IMG/VR virus record: IMGVR_UViG_3300030105_002351
Coordinates: 1-54,704 of that record
Source: a virus
Taxonomy: Duplodnaviria > Caudoviricetes
Length of the DNA: 54,704 nt
Reading direction: 5' to 3' (one strand)
The number at the start of each line of letters is the position of its first letter. Position 1 is the stretch's first letter. This document shows positions 18,397 to 26,355 of the stretch, piece after piece. The position numbers and the translations under genes were made by a program. Below the pieces are notes generated by a model. That model was not told where the DNA came from. It saw nothing but the letters and a program-made list of their open reading frames with translations, and ran no database searches.

Positions 18397-19649
18397 ATAG
18401 CTTAGACAAATTGACGAAGGCGCGTTCAAAGCTGATGCGTAATAACTTAGGCATAGCGACCATGCTATTGACCTTGGATTTAATCGAATGCGATGCAAGC
18501 AAAACTGAAACGATGGCGACTGACGGCAGGCAGATATTTTTTCATCCTGATTTTGTCGAAGGTCATAGCATCCCAGAGTTGCAAGCCGTATTGATCCATG
18601 AAGCGATGCACGTCAGATTCAGCCATCCATTACGCAAAGGCAATCGGCATCATATACTCTGGAATTATGCGACTGATTACGTTATCAATAATCATTTGAG
18701 ATATGACCTAGGGATGCAATTGCCAGAAGGCGGATTATGGGATCGAAAATACATGAATATGACTGCTGAGAAGGTTTATCAGCAATTGGCTAACAGTCCT
18801 GACGACCTGAAGAAAACGGCAGAAAATGTGTCGAATGAATCAAGCGATGAATCAGGCGATACGTCAGACGATACGTCATGGGATGATTTACCTATGCCAT
18901 CTGGCGAAGTATTGGAACCTGTTGACGATGTCGGTAAGCCATTAGACGCGACTCAATTAGAGGAATTGCAAACTGCAATCAATCGAGCCGTATCTATGTC
19001 AGATAAGCTTGAAACATTCGGATCGAATCAGCAGTCAGGTCGAGGCGATGTGAAAACTGATTCTGATGAAATTGCGCCATGGCATGAGATTCTGCAAGAG
19101 CATATGGAATCGATCAGATCAAACGATGTTAAGAATTTCAAGCGATACAATAAGCAACACGCGCATCGCGGAATACATATGCCGACTAGAGATTTTGTAC
19201 CTGAAGGCGGAACCCTTGCTGTAGCAATTGACTCTAGTTGCTCGGTGAGTCAAGGCGAATTGGATATATATGCTAGCAATATTCAGAGCATTGCTGAATC
19301 GCTGAATCTATCAAAAATCATGATTTGTTATTGCGACACGATTGTTCATAAAAACAATCAGGGCGAATGGTGGGATGAACACGAGTTGATGGAAGGCGAT
19401 GACCTGAAGCTTGTCATAAGAGGCGGAGGCGGAACCGAATTTGATCCGCCATTCAATCTGTTAAATGACTATACCGAAAATCTTAGCGAGATAATGGCAT
19501 TTGTTTATTTTACTGATGGATATGCAAACGTCAGCCCATCAGTGGAACCCGACTTACCTGTGATATGGTGCTTGACTGCTAAATCGAGTTATAGCGATGG
19601 ACTGCCGTTCGGTGAGAAGGTTTATATCGATACAAGCAAGTTGATTTAA
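18393..19649 (+). CDS. Zincin metallopeptidase plus VWA-like domain protein (DUF2201-type)
   Basis: TMATDG, HEAMH (HExxH), WN.A.D..IN; MIDAS-like DSSCS, GGGGT.F, YFTDG. Confidence 0.85.
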   Translation: MNSLDKLTKARSKLMRNNLGIATMLLTLDLIECDASKTETMATDGRQIFFHPDFVEGHSIPELQAVLIHEAMHVRFSHPLRKGNRHHILWNYATDYVINNHLRYDLGMQLPEGGLWDRKYMNMTAEKVYQQLANSPDDLKKTAENVSNESSDESGDTSDDTSWDDLPMPSGEVLEPVDDVGKPLDATQLEELQTAINRAVSMSDKLETFGSNQQSGRGDVKTDSDEIAPWHEILQEHMESIRSNDVKNFKRYNKQHAHRGIHMPTRDFVPEGGTLAVAIDSSCSVSQGELDIYASNIQSIAESLNLSKIMICYCDTIVHKNNQGEWWDEHELMEGDDLKLVIRGGGGTEFDPPFNLLNDYTENLSEIMAFVYFTDGYANVSPSVEPDLPVIWCLTAKSSYSDGLPFGEKVYIDTSKLI

Positions 19650-19655
19650 AAGGGT

Positions 19656-19706
19656 GATTCTAGGGTATGCCATGGCATTACTTGCATGGCTAAACCCTCC
19701 AGAATC
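19656..19706 (+). other. Intergenic multi-segment hairpin
   Basis: GATTCT/AGAATC, AGGGT/ACCCT and GCCATG/CATGGC nested pairings. Confidence 0.6.
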
Positions 19707-19736
19707 AAATTCTACGAGGTCGAAATAGAGGCAATT

Positions 19737-19829
19737 ATGAATAAACTAGAAGATTTTATCGAATCACACCCATATATCTTTATAGCTGTGATTACTTTCA
19801 TATTATGTATTAATGATATTAAATTTTAA
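19737..19829 (+). CDS. 30-aa hydrophobic peptide
   Basis: GAGG RBS; MNKLEDFIESHPYIFIAVITFILCINDIKF; below the ORF-track cutoff. Confidence 0.5.
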   Translation: MNKLEDFIESHPYIFIAVITFILCINDIKF

Positions 19830-19841
19830 ATTGGAGTCATT

Positions 19842-20210
19842 ATGAATTATAAAAAAGATATATTTGAAAAAAGATTAAATGATTTCCTTGGTAGTGATTC
19901 ATTCAATAAAGATATGAATGACGATGACTTACATTGTGAAGTATTTAATAGTCAGGATTTTATCAGCGATCGAAATCAAGCAATCGAATTTTTGGGCAGT
20001 AAGACGTTCGACATTTTGGATTACGTTCGCACTTATGAAATAGATAATTTTGGAGAATTGAATACTGATATTTCAAACCCGATTAGACTGCTGAATATGT
20101 ATGCCTATATTATCGGTGAGGAAATCGTTGAAGATTATTTTGAAAAAAGAAATCGACATTTAAAAATTGAAAAACTTGGGGATTATATCTCTGCAATACA
20201 AGGAATTTAA
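19842..20210 (+). CDS. Hypothetical early protein (acidic)
   Basis: GGAG RBS; DLH.EVFN.D.I and N..AYIIGEE motifs. Confidence 0.7.
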   Translation: MNYKKDIFEKRLNDFLGSDSFNKDMNDDDLHCEVFNSQDFISDRNQAIEFLGSKTFDILDYVRTYEIDNFGELNTDISNPIRLLNMYAYIIGEEIVEDYFEKRNRHLKIEKLGDYISAIQGI

Positions 20211-20236
20211 TATTCCATAAGATAGTCGTAAAAATT

Positions 20237-20264
20237 AGAGGGTGCTTCGGCACTCTTTTTTTTT
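20237..20264 (+). terminator. Rho-independent terminator
   Basis: GGGTGC-TTCG-GCACTC followed by a T run. Confidence 0.88.
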
Positions 20265-20380
20265 GGAAAAATTTAATTGAAACTAAGATCAGAAATATAA
20301 TTTACTGGTAAATAAAAAATATTTTTTTTAGTTTCACATGAAACTTTTCTGTAGGTCTTCTTCATGATTTTTAATTAAGA

Positions 20381-20409
20381 TTGCATATTGCTAGCTTTAT
20401 TATTATTAT
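20381..20409 (+). promoter_or_regulatory. sigma70-like promoter
   Basis: TTGCAT-N17-TATTAT upstream of ORF 20464. Confidence 0.55.
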
Positions 20410-20463
20410 GTATAAGTTGGTCGATGTTTCAGATAGTCGAATTTACTTATGGAGTGATAACAA

Positions 20464-20856
20464 ATGAAAACTTATGAATTTATAGTGTCTTTAGATGTTG
20501 AAAAAAAACTGGTCGCACCCTCTTTGCTGGAGGCGACTCAAGGTTTAGAGAATAAACTCAATGATGCCGTTGACAATCAAAGGACAATTGATGATCTAAA
20601 GATAGTCGGTTTTAATTTTAATGAAAGACAAGTCAAAAAATTATGCGGATCAGATTTGCCAGATAATGATTTGATTCAAAAAATACAAGACTGGTTGCTA
20701 GATGAAGTTGAAAACTCAAAGGCTCCGTCTAATAGCACTGATCGTGTTGATGAAATCATAGCAGGCAGGCGAGAATGTGCTTTAACATTACTGCATTATA
20801 TTAATGGATTGATTGACGAAAAAATTAAATTACTAAAACAGGAGGAGGAAGCATGA
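20464..20856 (+). CDS. Hypothetical protein
   Basis: 130 aa, GGAG RBS. Confidence 0.7.
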   Translation: MKTYEFIVSLDVEKKLVAPSLLEATQGLENKLNDAVDNQRTIDDLKIVGFNFNERQVKKLCGSDLPDNDLIQKIQDWLLDEVENSKAPSNSTDRVDEIIAGRRECALTLLHYINGLIDEKIKLLKQEEEA

Positions 20857-21107
20857 AAATTGTAGCGTGGAAGTTAGTGGCGTTTGATGAAAATGACAAT
20901 GAGATTTCGGTGGAACCAAGTAATTCTGTAGCAAGATATAGGGTATCTTTTATGCCACATGAAACTTTGCAATACGATTATGTTGTAGAAGCAAAGAACG
21001 AAGATGAAGCACAAGACAAAGCTAAAGAACAACTGATGTGGGCGATTGGTAGTGATGGTGCAAAAGATTGGGAATGTAGCAATATAGAGGAGAGTGAAGA
21101 TGAGTAA
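20853..21107 (+). CDS. Hypothetical acidic protein
   Basis: GGAGG RBS, ATGA overlap, VEAKNEDEA motif. Confidence 0.7.
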   Translation: MKIVAWKLVAFDENDNEISVEPSNSVARYRVSFMPHETLQYDYVVEAKNEDEAQDKAKEQLMWAIGSDGAKDWECSNIEESEDE

Positions 21108-21270
21108 AGATGAAGTTAGTTTACAGAGTTTTATGGACACCTTAGATGTGGAGTCAGATGATTGTACTGAAGAAAATGTTTTTCTTCTTGAAAGGTTACA
21201 AGCGTTTAAAGACGAAAGAGAAGGTAAAAAAGTCTGGAGAGAGAGATTACCACCACGATCATACGAGTAA
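21100..21270 (+). CDS. 56-aa hypothetical protein
   Basis: GGAG RBS; MSKDEVSLQSFMDTL...PPRSYE; ends just before a terminator. Confidence 0.55.
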   Translation: MSKDEVSLQSFMDTLDVESDDCTEENVFLLERLQAFKDEREGKKVWRERLPPRSYE

Positions 21271-21294
21271 TTTCTGTTAAGATATATTATAAGT

Positions 21295-21320
21295 AAGAGT
21301 GCTTCGGCACTCTTTTTTTT
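21295..21320 (+). terminator. Rho-independent terminator
   Basis: AAGAGTGC-TTCG-GCACTCTT plus T run; near-identical to the terminator at 20237. Confidence 0.88.
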
Positions 21321-21654
21321 GGGTGGGATTTATTTTTGGATGCACAGCCAAATTATCAATTACCAGTAAATAATATATTTTGATTGAGCTGCAACAAAGA
21401 TTTATGTTGTTTCAATAAAATATTTTAGATATAAAAATTTTTCCCACCAATATTTCTGATGACATAAATTTGCATCTGTTTGAGGTAATAACTAGAAATA
21501 CATCAAAAAACGAAGCCATAGAATTCGATTTAAGCGACTTTATGACCTATGCCGTTGTGATTGTATACCCAAAAAATACCCACTTTTAATGATCAATGGC
21601 AACTAGGAAATTTAAAAAACTGGTAAATAAAAAATATTTTTAATATACCAGCAA

Positions 21655-21711
21655 ACACTACATCTTGTGTCGTTTTGTAAATAAATTAAATAATAGCACT
21701 ATATGTAGTTA
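21655..21711. promoter_or_regulatory. Tandem NrdR-box-like sites
   Basis: ACACTACATCTTGTGT (21655) and GCACTATATGTAGTTA (21696) resemble the consensus acaCwAtATaTwGtgt; 41 bp apart. Confidence 0.6.
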
Positions 21712-21716
21712 TATTA

Positions 21717-21744
21717 TTGCATTCTGCAATCAGGATGTTATGAT
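21717..21744 (+). promoter_or_regulatory. sigma70-like promoter of the putative sRNA
   Basis: TTGCAT-N16-TATGAT with an extended -10 TG. Confidence 0.65.
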
Positions 21745-21749
21745 AACTG

Positions 21750-21841
21750 CAACAGAGAAAATTAAATTTCTTTGTTGACCTCCTAAGTCGAGAACCGAGG
21801 GGTGGGTTTTTTTCAATTTTAGCCTGCCCCTCTTTTCTTTT
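21750..21841 (+). ncRNA. Putative trans-acting anti-Shine-Dalgarno small RNA
   Basis: 5' hairpin 21750-21777; segment TTGACCTCCTAAGTCG matches the reverse complement of the three early RBS motifs at 14/16; terminator hairpin 21797-21832 plus U-tract; no start codon in the unit. Confidence 0.65.
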
Positions 21842-21958
21842 CAAAAAATTCTCTCAATAGTAGTAGTAATAGTAATATATCAAGTTAGTCGATGATGTAT
21901 TTCTTTTTGCTATCAGAATGCTTATAATGTATCTTGTTATTAAAAATGGATAACCGAT

Positions 21959-22333
21959 ATGTACGCTGTAATAAGACATACTTTCTCTGTAAAAATACCA
22001 GAACCAACCAGTTTAGTTAGTCGAAAGTCTACTGCTAATTGGATTCATAAGTGTTGGCTGTTTAAAAAAGAGTTAGACGCAATAACATTTGCTATTAGTT
22101 TGTTAGACGATCCATTGATTAAAGCTAATGATTATTTATTTGAAAGTGCTATCCATCAACTGAAAGAAAACAGATTTTATCAGCTAGGCAGAGAGTCTAT
22201 AGCTGTAGCAGAAGTAGAAGATTCTCCTGATATTTTATATCAAACAGATATTGAACTTACTGAAAAAGATATTGAACTTACTGAACAAGAAATTGGAGAA
22301 CTGATCAATGATAGAAAAAAACTTATTCATTAG
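21959..22333 (+). CDS. Hypothetical protein
   Basis: 124 aa; upstream TTGCTA-N17-TATCTT candidate promoter; 21-nt duplication encoding DIELTE twice. Confidence 0.7.
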   Translation: MYAVIRHTFSVKIPEPTSLVSRKSTANWIHKCWLFKKELDAITFAISLLDDPLIKANDYLFESAIHQLKENRFYQLGRESIAVAEVEDSPDILYQTDIELTEKDIELTEQEIGELINDRKKLIH

Positions 22334-22526
22334 GTGTTCGGAAGAAACTTACAAGCTAGCCCATGCTTTAGCAAAATCTGAATCTAGGTCTTTGAATAAA
22401 CAAGTTATTCACATGATCCATGCTGAATCAAAGCTAAGAAATATTAACTTACCAAAAACTAAAAAAGTAGACTCTATTGGCTTGAAAGGGCTTGTTCAAA
22501 CAAGAACACAGGGGTCATCTGACTGA
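22308..22526 (+). CDS. Arc-like ribbon-helix-helix DNA-binding protein
   Basis: LFIRCSEE.Y.....LAK.E.RSLN.Q..H.I pattern. Confidence 0.75.
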   Translation: MIEKNLFIRCSEETYKLAHALAKSESRSLNKQVIHMIHAESKLRNINLPKTKKVDSIGLKGLVQTRTQGSSD

Positions 22527-22977
22527 CATAAAAGTGCGTTAATAAAGCATTGGCACAGTCACTCATAATCTTTCTTTCTTTCTTTTCTACAATCTTAGGA
22601 TTGTTGGTCATAATATTCCAAAAAATTCTTTCATGTTCAGAGCCGCATATCTTAATTATTATTCTTTGTGGCTCTAAGAGAACTATACTTTTATCTTGAT
22701 GATTATGAAATTTACTGGTAAATAATATTTTCTGTAAATCGGGAGAACTAACGAAGGCTCCTGATTTTGATATTATGGACAGGTATTTATTGCAAGCTAA
22801 ATGTTGTCTTGGTGATAACTGTTTGTTTGATAGCATAATATCAATTATATGTTGGTCGGTAACAATGGCGCGACCTATACCTTTAACCTCAGTAATTTTT
22901 ACTGAATGTTTGTCGTGCAATCTTTTTGAACCAATGTCATTCAGCTTCATAAGCAACCGACATATCAGAATTCCCAA
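22474..22977 (-). CDS. Hypothetical protein downstream of primase-helicase
   Basis: 167-aa ORF; true start may be an internal Met. Confidence 0.6.
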   Translation of the reverse strand: MGILICRLLMKLNDIGSKRLHDKHSVKITEVKGIGRAIVTDQHIIDIMLSNKQLSPRQHLACNKYLSIISKSGAFVSSPDLQKILFTSKFHNHQDKSIVLLEPQRIIIKICGSEHERIFWNIMTNNPKIVEKKERKIMSDCANALLTHFYVSQMTPVFLFEQALSSQ

Positions 22978-24737
22978 TCATAATTGTCCTCCACTTTCTC
23001 TGCTTCCGAGTAGCGATTGTTCAATGGATTAAAAGTCAATTTACAACTTCCTGTTTTTCCCATCCAAGTCCACCGCTGTTTCCAACAGTGAACTCCAACA
23101 CTATCCTCGCCTCTATAAACTGTCAACCCCATATCTGACTTCGAGAAAAATGCCATGCTCCCAGAAATATCAACTCCTGTAACCAGATTTTTCTTACCAT
23201 CTCGCATTTGTGGTTTGTTTGGGTGGGCTATAAAAAAACATAAGACATCATATTTTTTGCAATGCAACTGAACCTTAGTAAGCATTGAAGAAATTGCATC
23301 AGTTTCTAAACCTTTATGATTACTTTCGATAAAATTATAGGGATCAATTACCAGAATCTTGCATCCGTATCGCATCACCGCTTGTGCTGATCGACTTAAA
23401 ATTGCTTCTATTGTAGGGCTTCCACCATCTTGGTAATCTTGAAATAGAAAATGCTCGGATATGAATTGTTGAGATATATCTTTTTCGTCTTGCGACATTC
23501 TCTGATTGTTACCTTCAAAAAACGGCTTCCCGATATAGCATTGTGCCAACTGAATTGCATGATAGGTAGGGGGTTTTTCAAAACTACATATATTAGCTTT
23601 CCATCCGTAATTCTTAGCGACATTGATTAATATTTGATCAATAAACGCAGATTTTCCATCTCCAGGATATCCTGTAACTACACATAAATTACCTGTTTGT
23701 AAATTAAATAACTGGTCAACAGAATCATATCCTGTAGAAACCCCTTGTGGTTTTCCCCTCTCATATAGCTTCTGAAAGTCATCTGAGTAGTAGTCTATAT
23801 TGTGTAAACCATGCAAAGGAACAGGTGTTGCAGATAATATGCTTTGGCGAACTGCCTCTGAGCCTCTTGCAACTAATAATTCGTTTGCATCCTTATACCC
23901 CTCACCCCAATCTACATTGTAGCACCTAGCTTTATCTAGCCTTCTTGACAATTCATCCGCTAAAATTTTTCCGTTGGCATCTACATCAACTGCCAAAATT
24001 ATTCGTGTAATTTTTTCAAAAACATTCCTGTCTTCCCAGATATATTTGAAGCGACCATCTTCCTTTGGATCAACTTTTAAATTTTCTGTAACTTTATTGG
24101 GTGCGCCATTTGGTACTGAGTAAACAATAACATTCTGTAATCCCTGAAATGCCTCAGTAATACTTAGAGTATCTATTTCACCTTCGGTGATAACAATTGT
24201 ATCAGCCATCGTGGGTAGACTTTCATCTATAATTCTTCCACCCCATAAACGAGTCGCATTATTATCCCACCAGAACTCCTTTTTACTACTAGCTGTACGA
24301 TATTTTACTGCAACTGTTTCGTTATTTTCAGTGAATGGAAAACCTATTACTGGTTTATTATTTTTTGTGCCAAGAATACATCCGCTTTTCTCCGCTGTTA
24401 TAATGCTTATACCTCTTTTCTCTAACCATTTTTGTGCCTCACCTTTGTCGGGGGTTGGAAACTTTATAATTTTTTTAGATTGTTGTTTTATTGGCGAGGG
24501 TATTCTGTTCATTTTCATTCCTTGAGAACGACTTATCGCACCATTAACACCGCAATGATGGCAATGGTAAATGATTGATTCGTTATTTATATTTACAGAT
24601 AGTGGTGTATCTAATTTGTTTTTCCTTTGGTCTTGGCATACAGAACAGCTAATTTTATATTGTCCTGCTGACATATGGTTGGTTTTTGAATTTGTATGAA
24701 TGTGACTTTTTATCGAGTTTTTTTCTTGACTCAACAT
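22965..24737 (-). CDS. DNA primase-helicase (T7 gp4/Twinkle-like)
   Basis: CSVC...CHHC zinc finger; ITEGEID, SVPNGA, D.D..G, KDANE Toprim motifs; TGYPGDGKS Walker A; VIDPYN; AHP.K. Confidence 0.92.
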   Translation of the reverse strand: MLSQEKNSIKSHIHTNSKTNHMSAGQYKISCSVCQDQRKNKLDTPLSVNINNESIIYHCHHCGVNGAISRSQGMKMNRIPSPIKQQSKKIIKFPTPDKGEAQKWLEKRGISIITAEKSGCILGTKNNKPVIGFPFTENNETVAVKYRTASSKKEFWWDNNATRLWGGRIIDESLPTMADTIVITEGEIDTLSITEAFQGLQNVIVYSVPNGAPNKVTENLKVDPKEDGRFKYIWEDRNVFEKITRIILAVDVDANGKILADELSRRLDKARCYNVDWGEGYKDANELLVARGSEAVRQSILSATPVPLHGLHNIDYYSDDFQKLYERGKPQGVSTGYDSVDQLFNLQTGNLCVVTGYPGDGKSAFIDQILINVAKNYGWKANICSFEKPPTYHAIQLAQCYIGKPFFEGNNQRMSQDEKDISQQFISEHFLFQDYQDGGSPTIEAILSRSAQAVMRYGCKILVIDPYNFIESNHKGLETDAISSMLTKVQLHCKKYDVLCFFIAHPNKPQMRDGKKNLVTGVDISGSMAFFSKSDMGLTVYRGEDSVGVHCWKQRWTWMGKTGSCKLTFNPLNNRYSEAEKVEDNYDWEF

Positions 24738-24805
24738 AAAATTCCTCCTATATTGTTTTAAAATGGTTTTGACTTACTACTTGTAAACACTTACTGCAAA
24801 AAAAA

Positions 24806-24833
24806 ACTTAGTAGGTATATATACTTACTAAGT
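24806..24833. repeat. 28-bp near-perfect palindrome
   Basis: ACTTAGTAGGTATATATACTTACTAAGT; core resembles the palindrome at 14223. Confidence 0.7.
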
Positions 24834-25088
24834 ATTATCGTTTAATAATTTGGCAATCTCGGTTGCGAATTTCTTTCTTGTAATAATTGGATATTCCAAC
24901 ATCTCTCTGATTGCACCAACAACCTTGTCTGGCAGAATATTGTTTCGTTCACAGATTATCTTAAACTCATCGCTGTTAAACCAATCTAAACTGTCAGTTA
25001 CGAGTAAATCATTTTTACTAGAACAATCCCTTATAGCCTGTTTGATTACAGCGTAATCAAGTCTTTTTTGTGTTGTTAATTTAGTCAT
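24828..25088 (-). CDS. Hypothetical protein
   Basis: AVI.QAI.D ... WF.S..F..IC motif; possibly leaderless. Confidence 0.7.
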   Translation of the reverse strand: MTKLTTQKRLDYAVIKQAIRDCSSKNDLLVTDSLDWFNSDEFKIICERNNILPDKVVGAIREMLEYPIITRKKFATEIAKLLNDNT

Positions 25089-25094
25089 TAGACA

Positions 25095-25167
25095 ACTCTA
25101 CTTTACAATAATTATATTTGCAAGATTAAAATCTGCATTTGCACCTGAAATAAACATCATGTAGACT
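25095..25167. promoter_or_regulatory. Back-to-back divergent sigma70-like promoters
   Basis: Minus: TTGCAA(25123-25118)-N17-TAGAGT. Plus: TTGCAC(25139)-N17-TAGACT. Confidence 0.65.
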
Positions 25168-25216
25168 GTTGGTGTACATCATTAAATCACATTTAATATC
25201 TGAAGGAGAACACACG

Positions 25217-25459
25217 ATGCGGTTCGAGATTAAAGAGGGTATTCCAATGCCTGCATCTACAGGAAAACCCAGAAAGTATGACTTACCATTGGAAACTATG
25301 AAATCAGGAGATTCTATTCTAATTGAATTACCTAAAACTAAAATTCATGCAGAAGTAAAAATAATTAGAAACTTTGTTTTACGATTTAAACACGAAAATC
25401 CTAACATCAATTTTACAGTAAGAATGGTTGATGATGGTGTTGGAGTTTGGAAGCTGTAA
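25217..25459 (+). CDS. Small putative DNA-binding protein
   Basis: AAGGAG RBS, ATG 25217; I..GIPMP...RKY..P...M..GDS and GV.VW motifs. Confidence 0.7.
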   Translation: MRFEIKEGIPMPASTGKPRKYDLPLETMKSGDSILIELPKTKIHAEVKIIRNFVLRFKHENPNINFTVRMVDDGVGVWKL

Positions 25460-26355
25460 TGAAACATACTAATGTACATAATTTGCCAAAAGAAATAATT
25501 AGGGCTGTTTCTAATGACAGCTATTCTAAAGGCAATAGTACAATATCAGTTACAGGTTTATTACAACCACCTCGATTGAGAATCCTAAGAGAAGAATTTA
25601 TTGATCAAATCTCTACAGATGTATCTGATGAAGTTTGGAAGCTTTTAGGTCAATCAGTACACGCTATATTAGAAAGAGCAAATGAAGGGTCAAATGACAC
25701 CATTACAGAGCGTAGAAACTATGCTTTGATAAACGGTTGGACTATATCAGGTCAGACAGACTCAATATCAATCAAAGAAAAAACTCTCAAAGACTATAAA
25801 GTAACTTCTTCTTGGTCTGTTATGTCTGCTATTAACAATGGCAAACCCGAATGGGAACAACAACTCAACTGTTACGATTGGTTGCACAGACAGAATGATT
25901 TTAAAAATATTATTAACCAGTTAGAGATAATTACAATCAACAGGGATTGGTCAAAAAATCAGTCTTTAAGAAGTGGTGGAGATTATCCTAAAGCCCCTGT
26001 ATCAATCATACCCATTAGAAAGTGGAGCGATGAAGAACAAGAGCAGTTTGTAAAAGACAGAGTTAGTTTACATCAAGATGCTGAAGCTGAATTTCTAGTT
26101 AATGGTGAACTACCTTTGTGTAGTGATGCTGAAACTTGGAAAAGAAATGACTCTTATAGGGTTATGAAAAAAGGTAGGAAGTCTGCTGTGAGGGTCTTGG
26201 ATTCTCAAGATTTAGCAGATGATTTTATTGCGAAACACAAGGATCAAGATAGTTTAACTGTTGAATTTTTAAAAGGTGAACCTATCCGTTGTAAAGATTA
26301 TTGTGAAGTAGCTAATTTTTGTAGTCAATATTTACAATTGGAGGAAGAAAAATGA
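25459..26355 (+). CDS. PD-(D/E)XK nuclease (Cas4-like exonuclease family)
   Basis: ISVTGLL.PP, G..VH..LE, ISGQ.D, DYK.T, QLN.Y, and C..YC....FC C-terminus. Confidence 0.8.
   Translation: MKHTNVHNLPKEIIRAVSNDSYSKGNSTISVTGLLQPPRLRILREEFIDQISTDVSDEVWKLLGQSVHAILERANEGSNDTITERRNYALINGWTISGQTDSISIKEKTLKDYKVTSSWSVMSAINNGKPEWEQQLNCYDWLHRQNDFKNIINQLEIITINRDWSKNQSLRSGGDYPKAPVSIIPIRKWSDEEQEQFVKDRVSLHQDAEAEFLVNGELPLCSDAETWKRNDSYRVMKKGRKSAVRVLDSQDLADDFIAKHKDQDSLTVEFLKGEPIRCKDYCEVANFCSQYLQLEEEK

Noticed and set aside
20237-21320. Two near-identical hairpins as mobile-element ends
   Set aside because: Both are ordinary UUCG intrinsic terminators after gene stops; no transposase or target duplication
21451-21505. 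CTGATGA followed later by GAAA as a fourth hammerhead
   Set aside because: I could not form stems I-III around the core
22246-22285. 21-nt tandem duplication (DIELTE twice)
   Set aside because: Simple in-frame slippage duplication with no further signal
25459-26355. Cas4-like gene as evidence of a CRISPR-Cas system
   Set aside because: No array or other cas genes; its context is a recombination module
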